This document shows positions 39,824-49,220 of a stretch of DNA of 64,000 bases, in pieces. The stretch covers positions 51,273 through 115,272 of the forward strand of contig JAURJQ010000022.1 in NCBI GenBank assembly GCA_030832185.1, given 5' to 3'. The notes under the pieces are model-generated. The model was not told where the DNA came from. It saw nothing but the letters and a program-made list of their open reading frames with translations, and did not search any database. Each line of letters opens with the position of its first letter. Position 1 is the stretch's first letter. Made by a program: the position numbers and the translations under genes. This DNA is from Chitinophagales bacterium (GTDB taxonomy: Bacteria; Bacteroidota; Bacteroidia; Chitinophagales; JADJOU01).

Positions 39824-40705
39824 TTAAAATACTAAAGTAAAACTAGAAGACTTAATTGTCATCTTAAAGGTTTCCAAATCGAAGGTATCATATTGACTCA
39901 TGACATGTGTGACTAAATGATTTATCGAAATAGGTTGGCCAATTTCTACAGAAGTTAGGTTGGTATCCTTGACTTCTTTTCCATCTACTAATATCACTAA
40001 ACCTGAACCAATGGCTTCCATGTGGGTATTATTTTTGGTTATTAAAAGACCCGTATCCTCTCCTAGACCTATTCCTAGAACTTTCGGATTGCCTACTACG
40101 GCCTGAAACAATCTGCCTATGCGGCCTCGCTGCACGAAATGAGTATCGATGATGACATCGTTTATGAGTCCTAGTCCGCTCGTGATTTTAACCTCACCTT
40201 TTAGTAGTGCTTCGTGGCTAGAACCCTGGTAAATCATATTATTAGAAGCAGCTGCAGCACCTGCGGATGTACCAGCATAGACGAAATCTTCGTTCCGATA
40301 TTTATCTAATAATATATCGTGAAACTTAGTCCCTCCGAGGATAGAAGTCAATCTCAATTGATCCCCACCTGTAAACATGACGATGTGAGCGGCGCTCAGT
40401 CTAGCCAGAGTCTCCTCTGCGTTTGCTATTTCTCTATTTTCTATGTGCAAGACATCTACTTGTAAGCAACCTAAAAACTCAAACGCTCGTTTATATTCTG
40501 GACCTACGGAATAGGGTATTTTAGAGGCTGTAGTAATGATTTCTATTCTAGAAAATTCTTGATGAGCTGATTCATCAATGATTCGCCTTAATATACCTTT
40601 TTCAAAAAAATTTAAATTCTTTTCTACATTGGCGTCAAACTCTTGTTCTGTAAAGCTTCCTTTATCTACAGCTCCACCTATGACTACTAATTTTCCTTTA
40701 ATCAT
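39824..40705 (-). CDS. cphB: Cyanophycinase
   Basis: IGGAVDK, FTGGDQ, GTSAGA (Ser), DTHFVQRGR (His), GEDT (Glu). Divergent from cphA. Confidence 0.95.
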   Translation of the reverse strand: MIKGKLVVIGGAVDKGSFTEQEFDANVEKNLNFFEKGILRRIIDESAHQEFSRIEIITTASKIPYSVGPEYKRAFEFLGCLQVDVLHIENREIANAEETLARLSAAHIVMFTGGDQLRLTSILGGTKFHDILLDKYRNEDFVYAGTSAGAAAASNNMIYQGSSHEALLKGEVKITSGLGLINDVIIDTHFVQRGRIGRLFQAVVGNPKVLGIGLGEDTGLLITKNNTHMEAIGSGLVILVDGKEVKDTNLTSVEIGQPISINHLVTHVMSQYDTFDLETFKMTIKSSSFTLVF

Positions 40706-40967
40706 ACAGGCAAAATTAAGATCTCATAATGATTTCTTAATAAATACTTTTCCCCAAAGTGTGCAAATGGTCGCAAGCAAGGTGGTTTAGTCATTTCATA
40801 TTATGCCTTTTACAAACATAGAACATATTGTCTTTTTGAATTAAGGTCGAAATATTTCATTAGAATAAAGAATGAAGTTCAAAAAAAATACTAAGTTTTA
40901 AAATATTTTCCTATTTTTAGCAAACTTAAATGTGCAATTCATTATTTAAAACATAAAATTAGGCCAT

Positions 40968-43583
40968 ATGAAGATTCTTAAAATTCAAGCATTGCGTGGC
41001 CCAAACATCTGGAGTATCAATCGAAAAAAATTGATACAAATGCGTTTGGATTTAGAAGAATTGGAAGAACTTCCAACCAATAAGATAACAGGGTTTAGAG
41101 AGCGCATAGAATCCCTGATGCCAAGCCTTATAGAACATAGATGTTCGGAAGGATGCCGTGGTGGATTTTTTCAGCGGATAGACGAAGGTACTTGGATGGG
41201 ACATGTTATAGAGCACATAGCCTTAGAAATTCAAACCTTGGCTGGTATGGATACAGGGTTTGGTAGAACACGAGTCACCAAAACACCTGGAGTTTATAAT
41301 GTAGTATTTAGTTATATAGAAGAGAATGTAGGTCTCTTCGCAGCAGAAGCCTCAGTAGCCATGGCGCAAGCCTTAGTGGATAATATAGCCTATGATTTAG
41401 ATGCCGATATTCAAAAAATGCGGGAGATCAGAGAGCAAGTGCGTCTCGGGCCTTCTACAGGCAGTATAGTTGATGAAGCAGTAGCAAGAGATATTCCTTG
41501 GATTCGATTAGGAACCAATTCCTTGGTACAGCTGGGTTATGGCGTTAACCAGATGCGATTTCAAGCGACCATCACCTGCAAAACCAGTTCTATCGCCGTA
41601 AATCTGGCCTGTGATAAAGAAGCCACGAAGAAAATGCTCGGTCTAGCCTCTATCCCAGTCGCATTGGGAGATATTGCCTTAGATGAAGAAGACTTAAAAA
41701 ATATAATAGCTAAAATTGGTTATCCTATAGTACTGAAGCCGCTAGACGGCAATCATGGACGTGGTATCTCTATTAATGTGAAAACATGGGAAAATGCCAT
41801 GGCAGGTCTAGAAGTAGCTAAAAAAATAAGCCGAAAAGTCATTGTAGAGCGCTTTGTGACAGGTTATGATTTCAGAGTCTTGGTCATAGACAATAAACTA
41901 GTAGCAGCTGCTAAGCGTGAACCAGCCCATGTGGTAGGCGATGGTGTTCATTCTATCCAAGAGCTCATAGAGGAAACCAATAGAGACCCTAGAAGAGGTT
42001 ATGGTCATGAAAATGTTTTAACTGAAATTTCCGTCGACAGAGACTCCGAAGGACTATTAGAGAAAATGGGATATACTCTAGAATCTATTCCTAAGAAGAA
42101 AGAAATCATATATCTTAAATCTACTGCCAATCTCAGCACAGGAGGTACTTCTACCGATGTAACCGATATGATGCACCCTGAAAATATCTTCCTCTGTGAG
42201 CGCATTTCACGCATCATAGGTCTCGATATCTGTGGTATCGATATTATGGCTCAAAACCTGACAGAGCCCTTAAAAGAAAATGGTGGCTGTATCTTAGAGG
42301 TCAATGCAGCCCCAGGCTTCAGAATGCACTTAGCCCCTGCAAATGGACTCCCTAGAAATGTAGCTGCACCCGTCATGGATATGCTCTACCCTCTCGGCAA
42401 GCCGAGTCGCATACCTATCATAGCTGTGACGGGTACCAATGGAAAAACGACCACTACCCGACTCATAGCCCATATAGTCAAGAACAATGGCTACAAAGTA
42501 GGATTTACAACATCTGATGGAATCTATATCCAAAACCACATGATGGAAAAAGGCGACACTACAGGACCTCTCTCTGCCGAATATATACTAAAAGATCCTA
42601 GTGTAGAATTCGCAGTATTAGAGACGGCACGTGGCGGTATCCTGCGCTCTGGTCTTGGCTTCAATCGATGTGATATCGGTATCATTACCAATCTGCAGGG
42701 AGATCACCTCGGTATCAGCGATATCGATACAATTGAGGATCTGGCTAGAGTGAAATCTGTGGTGGTGCGCAGCGTGAAAAAAGATGGGTGGGCTATACTC
42801 AATGCCGATGATGAAAACTGCATGAATATAGCCAAGGACCTCGAATGCCAGGTGGCTTATTTTTCTATGGACGAAAATTCTTCGAATGCTAAAAAACTCA
42901 GTAAACAAAATAAAATACTAGCCGTCTATGAAAATGGCTATGTTACTATTAAAAAAGGGGAATGGAAAATACGAATAGAAAAAGCAGCACACGTGCCGCT
43001 CACCTTCGGCGGTAGGGCGAAATATATGATAGCCAATGTACTCGCAGCTTCTCTAGCGAGTTATCTCTACGGATTTAAAACGGACGATATCAGTCTTTCC
43101 TTAAAGACCTTCCTGCCGGGTGCCGCGCAGACACCGGGGCGTATGAATATCTTCGAATTTAAGAAATTTAAAGTCATGATAGACTTCGCGCACAATCCTA
43201 CAGGATACAGTGGTATCGAAGAATTTCTAGCTACGATAGAAGCCAAGAAAAAAATAGGTATCATAGCAGGCGTAGGGGATCGACGCGATGAAGACATCCG
43301 AGACTGCGCCGAAATAGCGGGGCGTATGTTTGACCATATTATTATACGACAGGAAAAGCACCTCCGCGGACGCACCGAGGACAATATCAATGGACTCCTA
43401 CTAGCTGGCCTGAAAGCCTCTGGCAAAGATGTCTCTTACGAAATCATACCGAAAGAAGTAGAAGCCCTCAAACACGCTATGAATATGGCAGAAGAAGGCT
43501 ACTTCATCACCGCCCTAAGCGATGTCATCACCAATGCCATCGATGTGGTGCAGGAATATCTGGATAAGGAGAATGAGGAATAG
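40968..43583 (+). CDS. cphA: Cyanophycin synthetase CphA1
   Basis: RGPNIWS, N-domain HRCS...GHVIEH, LGPSTGSIV, ATP-grasp KPLDGNHG and EVNAAPG, Mur-ligase GTNGKTT and ETARGG; 871 aa. Confidence 0.98.
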   Translation: MKILKIQALRGPNIWSINRKKLIQMRLDLEELEELPTNKITGFRERIESLMPSLIEHRCSEGCRGGFFQRIDEGTWMGHVIEHIALEIQTLAGMDTGFGRTRVTKTPGVYNVVFSYIEENVGLFAAEASVAMAQALVDNIAYDLDADIQKMREIREQVRLGPSTGSIVDEAVARDIPWIRLGTNSLVQLGYGVNQMRFQATITCKTSSIAVNLACDKEATKKMLGLASIPVALGDIALDEEDLKNIIAKIGYPIVLKPLDGNHGRGISINVKTWENAMAGLEVAKKISRKVIVERFVTGYDFRVLVIDNKLVAAAKREPAHVVGDGVHSIQELIEETNRDPRRGYGHENVLTEISVDRDSEGLLEKMGYTLESIPKKKEIIYLKSTANLSTGGTSTDVTDMMHPENIFLCERISRIIGLDICGIDIMAQNLTEPLKENGGCILEVNAAPGFRMHLAPANGLPRNVAAPVMDMLYPLGKPSRIPIIAVTGTNGKTTTTRLIAHIVKNNGYKVGFTTSDGIYIQNHMMEKGDTTGPLSAEYILKDPSVEFAVLETARGGILRSGLGFNRCDIGIITNLQGDHLGISDIDTIEDLARVKSVVVRSVKKDGWAILNADDENCMNIAKDLECQVAYFSMDENSSNAKKLSKQNKILAVYENGYVTIKKGEWKIRIEKAAHVPLTFGGRAKYMIANVLAASLASYLYGFKTDDISLSLKTFLPGAAQTPGRMNIFEFKKFKVMIDFAHNPTGYSGIEEFLATIEAKKKIGIIAGVGDRRDEDIRDCAEIAGRMFDHIIIRQEKHLRGRTEDNINGLLLAGLKASGKDVSYEIIPKEVEALKHAMNMAEEGYFITALSDVITNAIDVVQEYLDKENEE

Positions 43584-43742
43584 GGAGGAAGTGAAAAGTT
43601 TAAAGTGGAAAGTAGGTGATAGAAAAATGACTAACTTAAAAATATATGATAAAGTTTTAAAATTGCGCATGTTTATACGTTATACCTCATTGCAAAAAGA
43701 CAGCCAACGCACAAATGACATATTTAATTTTGCCTTTTCCCA

Positions 43743-43922
43743 CAAACCGTAACAAAGTCAAAATTAAAAGACCCAAAAAACTTCTATAAAATAAATAGAT
43801 TTAGGGAATATAAAACAACAAAATATGGAAAAGAAATAATTGCAATAATTAACTCATTTAAAAAAGAAATAGAAAAAGAAGATTCAAATTACTGCAAACG
43901 CCTATTTGTAAGTATAGAATAA
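43743..43922 (+). pseudogene. Possible degraded HRDC-domain gene fragment
   Basis: Start-less frame ...FYKINRFREYKTTKYGKEIIAII resembles the HRDC IxGfGxxKxxKYGxeI motif with Gly replaced by Arg. Confidence 0.3.
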
Positions 43923-44016
43923 GACAAGGTATAGTTTTTCTCCCTTTATTGTTAACATTGACCAACAAACAACTTACATGTAACCACTCATTATTAAAAT
44001 TCAATAATGAGTCATC

Positions 44017-44556
44017 TCAGTTACCGCTAATTTTTCCTATTAGTTGGATCCATTTAGTATCCGTCATAGATCCTTCGGTATGGTGTATAATGTTTCCATT
44101 TTTGTCTAATAAAAACAAATAGCAATTGCCATTTTTCTTTATTTTTAAATAGTCTGTGTAGTTATCTAATGAGCCATAATAGGTCGCTACATTATCATGA
44201 AGGTCAAGTGGAACGCCTCCGCGCATTCCTCCATCTATAAACCTACTGAAGAGTTTATATCCTCCAGAGATCATGGGGATTTCATAGTAATTGACTTCAT
44301 CTTGTGGATATTTTTTCAGTATAGCCGCTGACCAAGGATCTATCAAAGTCTGCGCTTCCCGCTTAAAAGCGATCAAAATGATGGTTGGCTTACCTTTGAC
44401 ATCTTTGGGAAATTCGATGGCTTTCTTGGCGAGCGTTTCGGCTACTAGCTTAGGAAATGGTTTATTTATGATACTATCTAGTTTTTTAGTTTGTGCTTCT
44501 GTACTTATGAAATTGAACATAATGACGATTGAAGTTAAAATTAGATATCTAATCAT
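44017..44556 (-). CDS. Exported thioredoxin-fold/ATP10-like hypothetical protein
   Basis: Signal peptide; FP...ETL...FP, AFKREAQ..IDPW, FIDGGMRGG and FLLDKNGNI. Confidence 0.65.
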   Translation of the reverse strand: MIRYLILTSIVIMFNFISTEAQTKKLDSIINKPFPKLVAETLAKKAIEFPKDVKGKPTIILIAFKREAQTLIDPWSAAILKKYPQDEVNYYEIPMISGGYKLFSRFIDGGMRGGVPLDLHDNVATYYGSLDNYTDYLKIKKNGNCYLFLLDKNGNIIHHTEGSMTDTKWIQLIGKISGN

Positions 44557-44891
44557 TGCTTTGAAAATATATGAAAAGGTTATTATGAGTATTTGGAATA
44601 ACGGAACCTGACGAGATTGGAACCGATAATGCCTAAAAGTTCAAATATACAACATTATATAAAAATAATTCAATCTTAGATTTAAAATAGGATAGACAAA
44701 GGATTAAAAACATTGGAATATGATATTAATCTTTCTTAGCCCTCGGCTTATAAAATCAGACTTGATTATTCTGAATGAATTATTTTTGTCTTGAAATATA
44801 TTCTAAGGCTTAATTAGCCTCTATAGAAGGCTATAATGCATTTATCATTTATGCCTAGATTTCTGCTTAACTAAAAAATAGATCACATACA

Positions 44892-46244
44892 ATGAAAGAA
44901 CGTACTCTAATTAAAAATATTAGTATCGTAAACGAAGGAAAAATCATCGTCACAGACCTTTTAATTGATAATGGTTTGATTCAAAAAATTGGAGGACAAC
45001 ATGACGAACCAAATGCAAAACTAATTGATGGCACAGGAAAATACTTATTTCCAGGCATTATCGACGGCCAAGTTCATTTTCGTGAACCCGGTCTGACTCA
45101 TAAAGGCGACCTATACACGGAGAGTAAAGCCGCTATAGCCGGAGGAGTGACTTCTTTTATAGATATGCCAAATACATTTCCAAATGTATTAACCATGGAT
45201 ATCTTGAATGAAAAGTATCAGTTAGCGGCAGAGAAATCACTAGCTAATTTCGGCTTTTTCCTTGGGGTAAATGGTGACAACATGGATGAAGTGATCAAAC
45301 TAGATACTAGTAAACTCTTGGGTGTTTCAGATGACGGACTTTACTTTACAAAAAAAGGAAACCTGCTGGCAGACAATCCAGAAACAATGGAAAAGCTCTT
45401 TGCAAATTGCAAATCCATCATAGCCATCCACTCTGAAAAAGAACAGATCGTAGAGGAGAATGAGACTATCTACAAAGAAAAATATGGCGAAAATGTTCCA
45501 ATTGAATTTCATCCTATTATTAGGAGCGAAAAAGCTTGTTATGAAGCAACTAAGAGAGCTATTGATATAGCCAATAAACATAAAGCTCGACTTCATATTC
45601 TGCACTTGACCACAGAAGCAGAAACACATCTATTCCGCAATGATATTCCATTAAAGGAGAAAAATATCACCACGGAAGTATCTGTTCATCACTTGTGGTT
45701 TTCTGACGCAGACTATCATCGTTTGGGATTTTTAATAAAATGGAACCCCGCGATAAAAACAGAGAAGGATAAAAAAGGGCTTTTAAAAGCTCTATTAGAC
45801 GATAGAATAGACTTGGTAACAACAGACCATGCTCCACATACATTAGAGGAAAAGCAAAAATCTTATTTTCAATCCATGTCAGGTGCACCTATTGTTCAGC
45901 ATTCCTTAAATATCATGCTTGAGTTTTACAAACAGGGCCTAATTTCATTAGAGAAAATCGCGGAAAAAATGTGCCATAATCCAGCGATACTCTATAATAT
46001 AGAAAAAAGAGGTTTTATACGTGAGGGGTATTTTGCTGACCTCACTATTCTAGATTTAAACACAAGTTGGACAGTTAACCATGAAAATATTTTATCAAAA
46101 TGTGGTTGGTCGCCATTAGAGGGAACAAAATTTCAAACGAAGGTGATCTATACATTTGTAAATGGAAACTTAATATACGACCACGGGCATTTTAATGAAA
46201 CAATAAAAGGTCAAGCATTAACCACAAAAAATAACCTACAGTAA
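44892..46244 (+). CDS. pyrC: Dihydroorotase (amidohydrolase family)
   Basis: PGIIDGQVHFREPG, GGVTSFIDMPNT, HILHLTT, KWNPAIK, TDHAPH and KCGWSP. Confidence 0.9.
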   Translation: MKERTLIKNISIVNEGKIIVTDLLIDNGLIQKIGGQHDEPNAKLIDGTGKYLFPGIIDGQVHFREPGLTHKGDLYTESKAAIAGGVTSFIDMPNTFPNVLTMDILNEKYQLAAEKSLANFGFFLGVNGDNMDEVIKLDTSKLLGVSDDGLYFTKKGNLLADNPETMEKLFANCKSIIAIHSEKEQIVEENETIYKEKYGENVPIEFHPIIRSEKACYEATKRAIDIANKHKARLHILHLTTEAETHLFRNDIPLKEKNITTEVSVHHLWFSDADYHRLGFLIKWNPAIKTEKDKKGLLKALLDDRIDLVTTDHAPHTLEEKQKSYFQSMSGAPIVQHSLNIMLEFYKQGLISLEKIAEKMCHNPAILYNIEKRGFIREGYFADLTILDLNTSWTVNHENILSKCGWSPLEGTKFQTKVIYTFVNGNLIYDHGHFNETIKGQALTTKNNLQ

Positions 46245-46322
46245 TTATTCGTCTTCAAAATAATTCTGTGATGCTCTTCGTTATTATACTAGCGCAACAT
46301 GGTCAAATATTATCTTTGCCTT

Positions 46323-46430
46323 CCTCAGAGTCACCTGCAAGTAACTCCGCGAATGCTAGATAGGATAAATATTATAGTAATATTGCAATTCCCTATCTAT
46401 ACAGACAGGCTCTTTGAGAGACTCTGCTAA
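46323..46430 (+). ncRNA. Candidate structured non-coding RNA of unknown family
   Basis: Promoter motif TATCTTTG at 46311-46318, then nested stems CAGAGTC/GACTCTG, CCTG/CAGG, TAGATAGG/CCTATCTA and AATATTA/TAATATT. No ORF covers it. Confidence 0.4.
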
Positions 46431-46676
46431 AAGAAGAGGTCTAAAGGGAGGTCTCTGCGTATTCCTCCATCTATAATTCTAAGCAAATTTTCAATTCGCA
46501 CAATCCTTTTCCCCAAAGTTCGGCTAGTTTGAAGTTGTACTAAAAAATGGGGGAGCTTGGAAGGATATCTAAAAAACATTCAGACTGCTTCCCTCTTATA
46601 GCTGCATTCAATGGCATATTAGCGGAAACCAAACTAATAAGGCAGAAGGCGCGCATTGATTTAGGCCATTTATAAC

Positions 46677-46704
46677 AAAAAAAAGCTCCACCGGAAGGCA
46701 GAGC
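46677..46704 (-). terminator. Intrinsic terminator of rpmE
   Basis: Minus strand GCTCTGCC-TTCC-GGTGGAGC followed by T8. Confidence 0.8.
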
Positions 46705-46732
46705 ATTAAATATAACGAAAAAGCTATTTAGA

Positions 46733-46999
46733 CTATGCTTTCTTTGTAGTCAATTTCTTTTCGAACTTTTTCTGGAACTTGTCAATTCTACCAGCCGTAT
46801 CTACAAATTTCATTTTACCTGTGAAAAAAGGATGCGACATATTAGATATTTCTATTGGAATCATTGGATATTCATTGCCGTCTTCCCACTTAATCGTTCC
46901 TTTGGAAGGGGCACACGATTTAGTAATAAAAGAATAATCACATGAGAAGTCTTTGAATACAACTGTTCTATAATTTTCAGGGTGAATACCTTGTTTCAT
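46733..46999 (-). CDS. rpmE2: 50S ribosomal protein L31 type B
   Basis: [24 protein letters not shown] and DTAGRIDKF. Confidence 0.97.
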   Translation of the reverse strand: MKQGIHPENYRTVVFKDFSCDYSFITKSCAPSKGTIKWEDGNEYPMIPIEISNMSHPFFTGKMKFVDTAGRIDKFQKKFEKKLTTKKA

Positions 47000-47127
47000 T
47001 TTATATGGAATTTATTTTTATCTTTTTTCTTAATTTTCGGAGTGCAAATATAGAGAATAATTAATAATTAATAGGAAATAATTAATAGTTTTATCATAAT
47101 TTATGGATAATCAAACAAATAGTGCTA

Positions 47128-47592
47128 TTACACAAATTTCCTCAAACTCATGACGATGCCCATGTGGAGGGCTTCATGCACTTGATTGAAATTGAAAATA
47201 TCCTCTAGGGTCGTCAATTCGAAATTATAACTCGTGGTATATGGTTTGGCTAGCTGGGTGGGTAAAATACCAGCTTTTAGATCCTCTTTTATCCATTCTG
47301 GCTGAGCTAGGAGATTTTTCTTAATCTCATCGATGACTTCGGCTTTGACGAAGCTCTGAGGAGCTGTACCTTTTCGATAGGCTTCTATAAATTCAGCATC
47401 TAAATGAGGTTCTAATCCATTGAGCTTATAGAATAGAATATCCATCGTGGCTACAATATGGCCTATATTCCATATCATGTTGTTATTAAAGCCTATGGGA
47501 ATCGTATTAACTTCGTTTATGCTAAATTCCTCTATTACAGCAAGATAGTTTTTTCTAGTCTGAAGAAGTAAAGACCAGTTCAAATTATGCAT
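47128..47592 (-). CDS. DinB-family protein
   Basis: P.GFNNN..WNIGH and HEALHMG. Confidence 0.88.
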   Translation of the reverse strand: MHNLNWSLLLQTRKNYLAVIEEFSINEVNTIPIGFNNNMIWNIGHIVATMDILFYKLNGLEPHLDAEFIEAYRKGTAPQSFVKAEVIDEIKKNLLAQPEWIKEDLKAGILPTQLAKPYTTSYNFELTTLEDIFNFNQVHEALHMGIVMSLRKFV

Positions 47593-48295
47593 GGGCTACT
47601 TTAGATAAACTAGACAAACCCTTTATTAAATTTAACCCATCAATATTAAACAAAGCAGGTTCAGCAGCGCGCTCTGGATGAGGCATCATACCGAATACAT
47701 TTCCTTCTTTATTCATAACACCTGCAATACTATCTATGGAACCATTAAAATTAGCTTCCTCACTTAACTGTCCTTTCGCATCGCAATATTGAAAAAGAAT
47801 CTGATTATTTTTCTTTAACTCAGCGAGAGTGGGTTCATCACAATAATATCGTCCTTCTGCATGCGCTACAGGGATACTGAGCAATTGATTCGCTTCTGCT
47901 AAGTGCGTGAAAGGTGTTTTTGCATTCACTACCTTTACGGTTTGATTACTACAATAAAATTTTTGATTTTTATTGCGTAAAAGCACCCCGGGCAATAATC
48001 CTGACTCACATAAAATTTGAAATCCATTACAGATGCCAAGCACTTTACCCCCTTTATTCGCAAATTTTATGACCTCCTCCATGATTGGAGAAAAGCGAGC
48101 GATAGCCCCTGTTCTGAGATAGTCACCGAAAGAAAAACCTCCAGGTAAGACGATACAGTCTTCTGCAGTGAAGGCTGTTAAATCAGTGCTCTTATGCCAT
48201 AGAGAAATAACTTCACAACCCAATACCTGACCACAGACATGGATCATATCTCTATCACAATTACTTCCTGGGAAAACGACAACTCCGAATTTCAT
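47585..48295 (-). CDS. purQ: FGAM synthase glutaminase subunit PurQ
   Basis: FPGSNCD, PGGFSFGDYLR, GICNGFQ and MMPHPER. Confidence 0.97.
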   Translation of the reverse strand: MKFGVVVFPGSNCDRDMIHVCGQVLGCEVISLWHKSTDLTAFTAEDCIVLPGGFSFGDYLRTGAIARFSPIMEEVIKFANKGGKVLGICNGFQILCESGLLPGVLLRNKNQKFYCSNQTVKVVNAKTPFTHLAEANQLLSIPVAHAEGRYYCDEPTLAELKKNNQILFQYCDAKGQLSEEANFNGSIDSIAGVMNKEGNVFGMMPHPERAAEPALFNIDGLNLIKGLSSLSKVAHA

Positions 48296-48476
48296 TTTTG
48301 AATTTTATGACCACAAAGATAAGTGTTTGGAGCCACGAATTCACAAATTAATTATAAACATCCAATTCTTTTTAGCCGCAATGTGACTAAGAAATAAAGA
48401 AAATATTATCATTACTTTTGACAATGTTCCACACTTTCAAATTTTCAAATCATTCTATCTTCATATCAACTCATCA

Positions 48477-49208
48477 TCAAATAAGGTTATTCCATAATTG
48501 CCATGACAAATCCGCCTGACTATGGAGCATAGGTAATCCATTGATTATCATGCAACCCTGTTCATCTGATTTTTCAAGAAACTTTGTAATCATAGGATTG
48601 TAAACCAAATCCACAAAAAGTGAATCCTGAAGCGCTGATGCATAATTCAAAGGTGGACAATCTTCTACATCTGGAAACATACCAATAGGTGTCGAATTAA
48701 CTATTAACGAATAGTCTGCTAAGTCCAGTGTTTCGATATGAGACCAAGAAATATAAGAATTATCTCTACTTATTATGTCAACAGGCATTTTTAATAGATT
48801 TTCAATTGCATAGTTAACTGCTAAACTAGCGCCACCATTTCCCAAAATCAAGGCTTTTCTATTTCTAGAAAAACTCTTTTTGAAGACAGATTTATAAAAT
48901 CCTTGGAAGTCTGTATTATAGCCGTAACTTTTACCAGCCTTTATTACTATACAATTAATAGCGCCTATTCTTTCCGCATGAATATCTAATTCATCTAAAT
49001 AAGGTAGTAAGATTTTTTTATAAGGGATTGTGATATTAAATCCGTTATATTGACTTGATAATTCAGGCCATATCTCCACTAATTCACTCTCAGTATTAAA
49101 TTCTAGATTATCATAGCTTGCGTTTAAATATTCACGTTCAAACTTGGCCGTAAAATAAGACTTAGAAAAAGAATGGGAAAGCGATTTTCCAATGAGAGCC
49201 AATTTCAT
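48477..49208 (-). CDS. aroE: Shikimate dehydrogenase
   Basis: SHSFS, NITIPYK, GAIN, NTD, GNGGA and DLVYNP. Confidence 0.95.
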   Translation of the reverse strand: MKLALIGKSLSHSFSKSYFTAKFEREYLNASYDNLEFNTESELVEIWPELSSQYNGFNITIPYKKILLPYLDELDIHAERIGAINCIVIKAGKSYGYNTDFQGFYKSVFKKSFSRNRKALILGNGGASLAVNYAIENLLKMPVDIISRDNSYISWSHIETLDLADYSLIVNSTPIGMFPDVEDCPPLNYASALQDSLFVDLVYNPMITKFLEKSDEQGCMIINGLPMLHSQADLSWQLWNNLI

Positions 49209-49220
49209 ACATAATTAATT

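Noticed and set aside
40747-40760. 14-mer CTTTTCCCCAAAGT also present at 46506-46519
   Set aside because: A single repeated 14-mer in 64 kb of AT-rich DNA is compatible with chance, and it has no symmetry.
43522-43752. 76-aa ORF overlapping the cphA end; possible four-helix-bundle gene remnant
   Set aside because: Similarity is limited to a few residues and flanking AAAGT repeats. An HRDC remnant fits at least as well.
46289-46359. HDV-like ribozyme reading of the structured element
   Set aside because: L3-like TCCTCAG and J4/2-like GCGAAT are present, but P1 is mismatched and the P1.1 GG is missing, so it was not called.
48425-48440. parS-like TGTTCCAC sequence
   Set aside because: Half-site only. 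No full TGTTNCACGTGAAACA palindrome was seen in the window.
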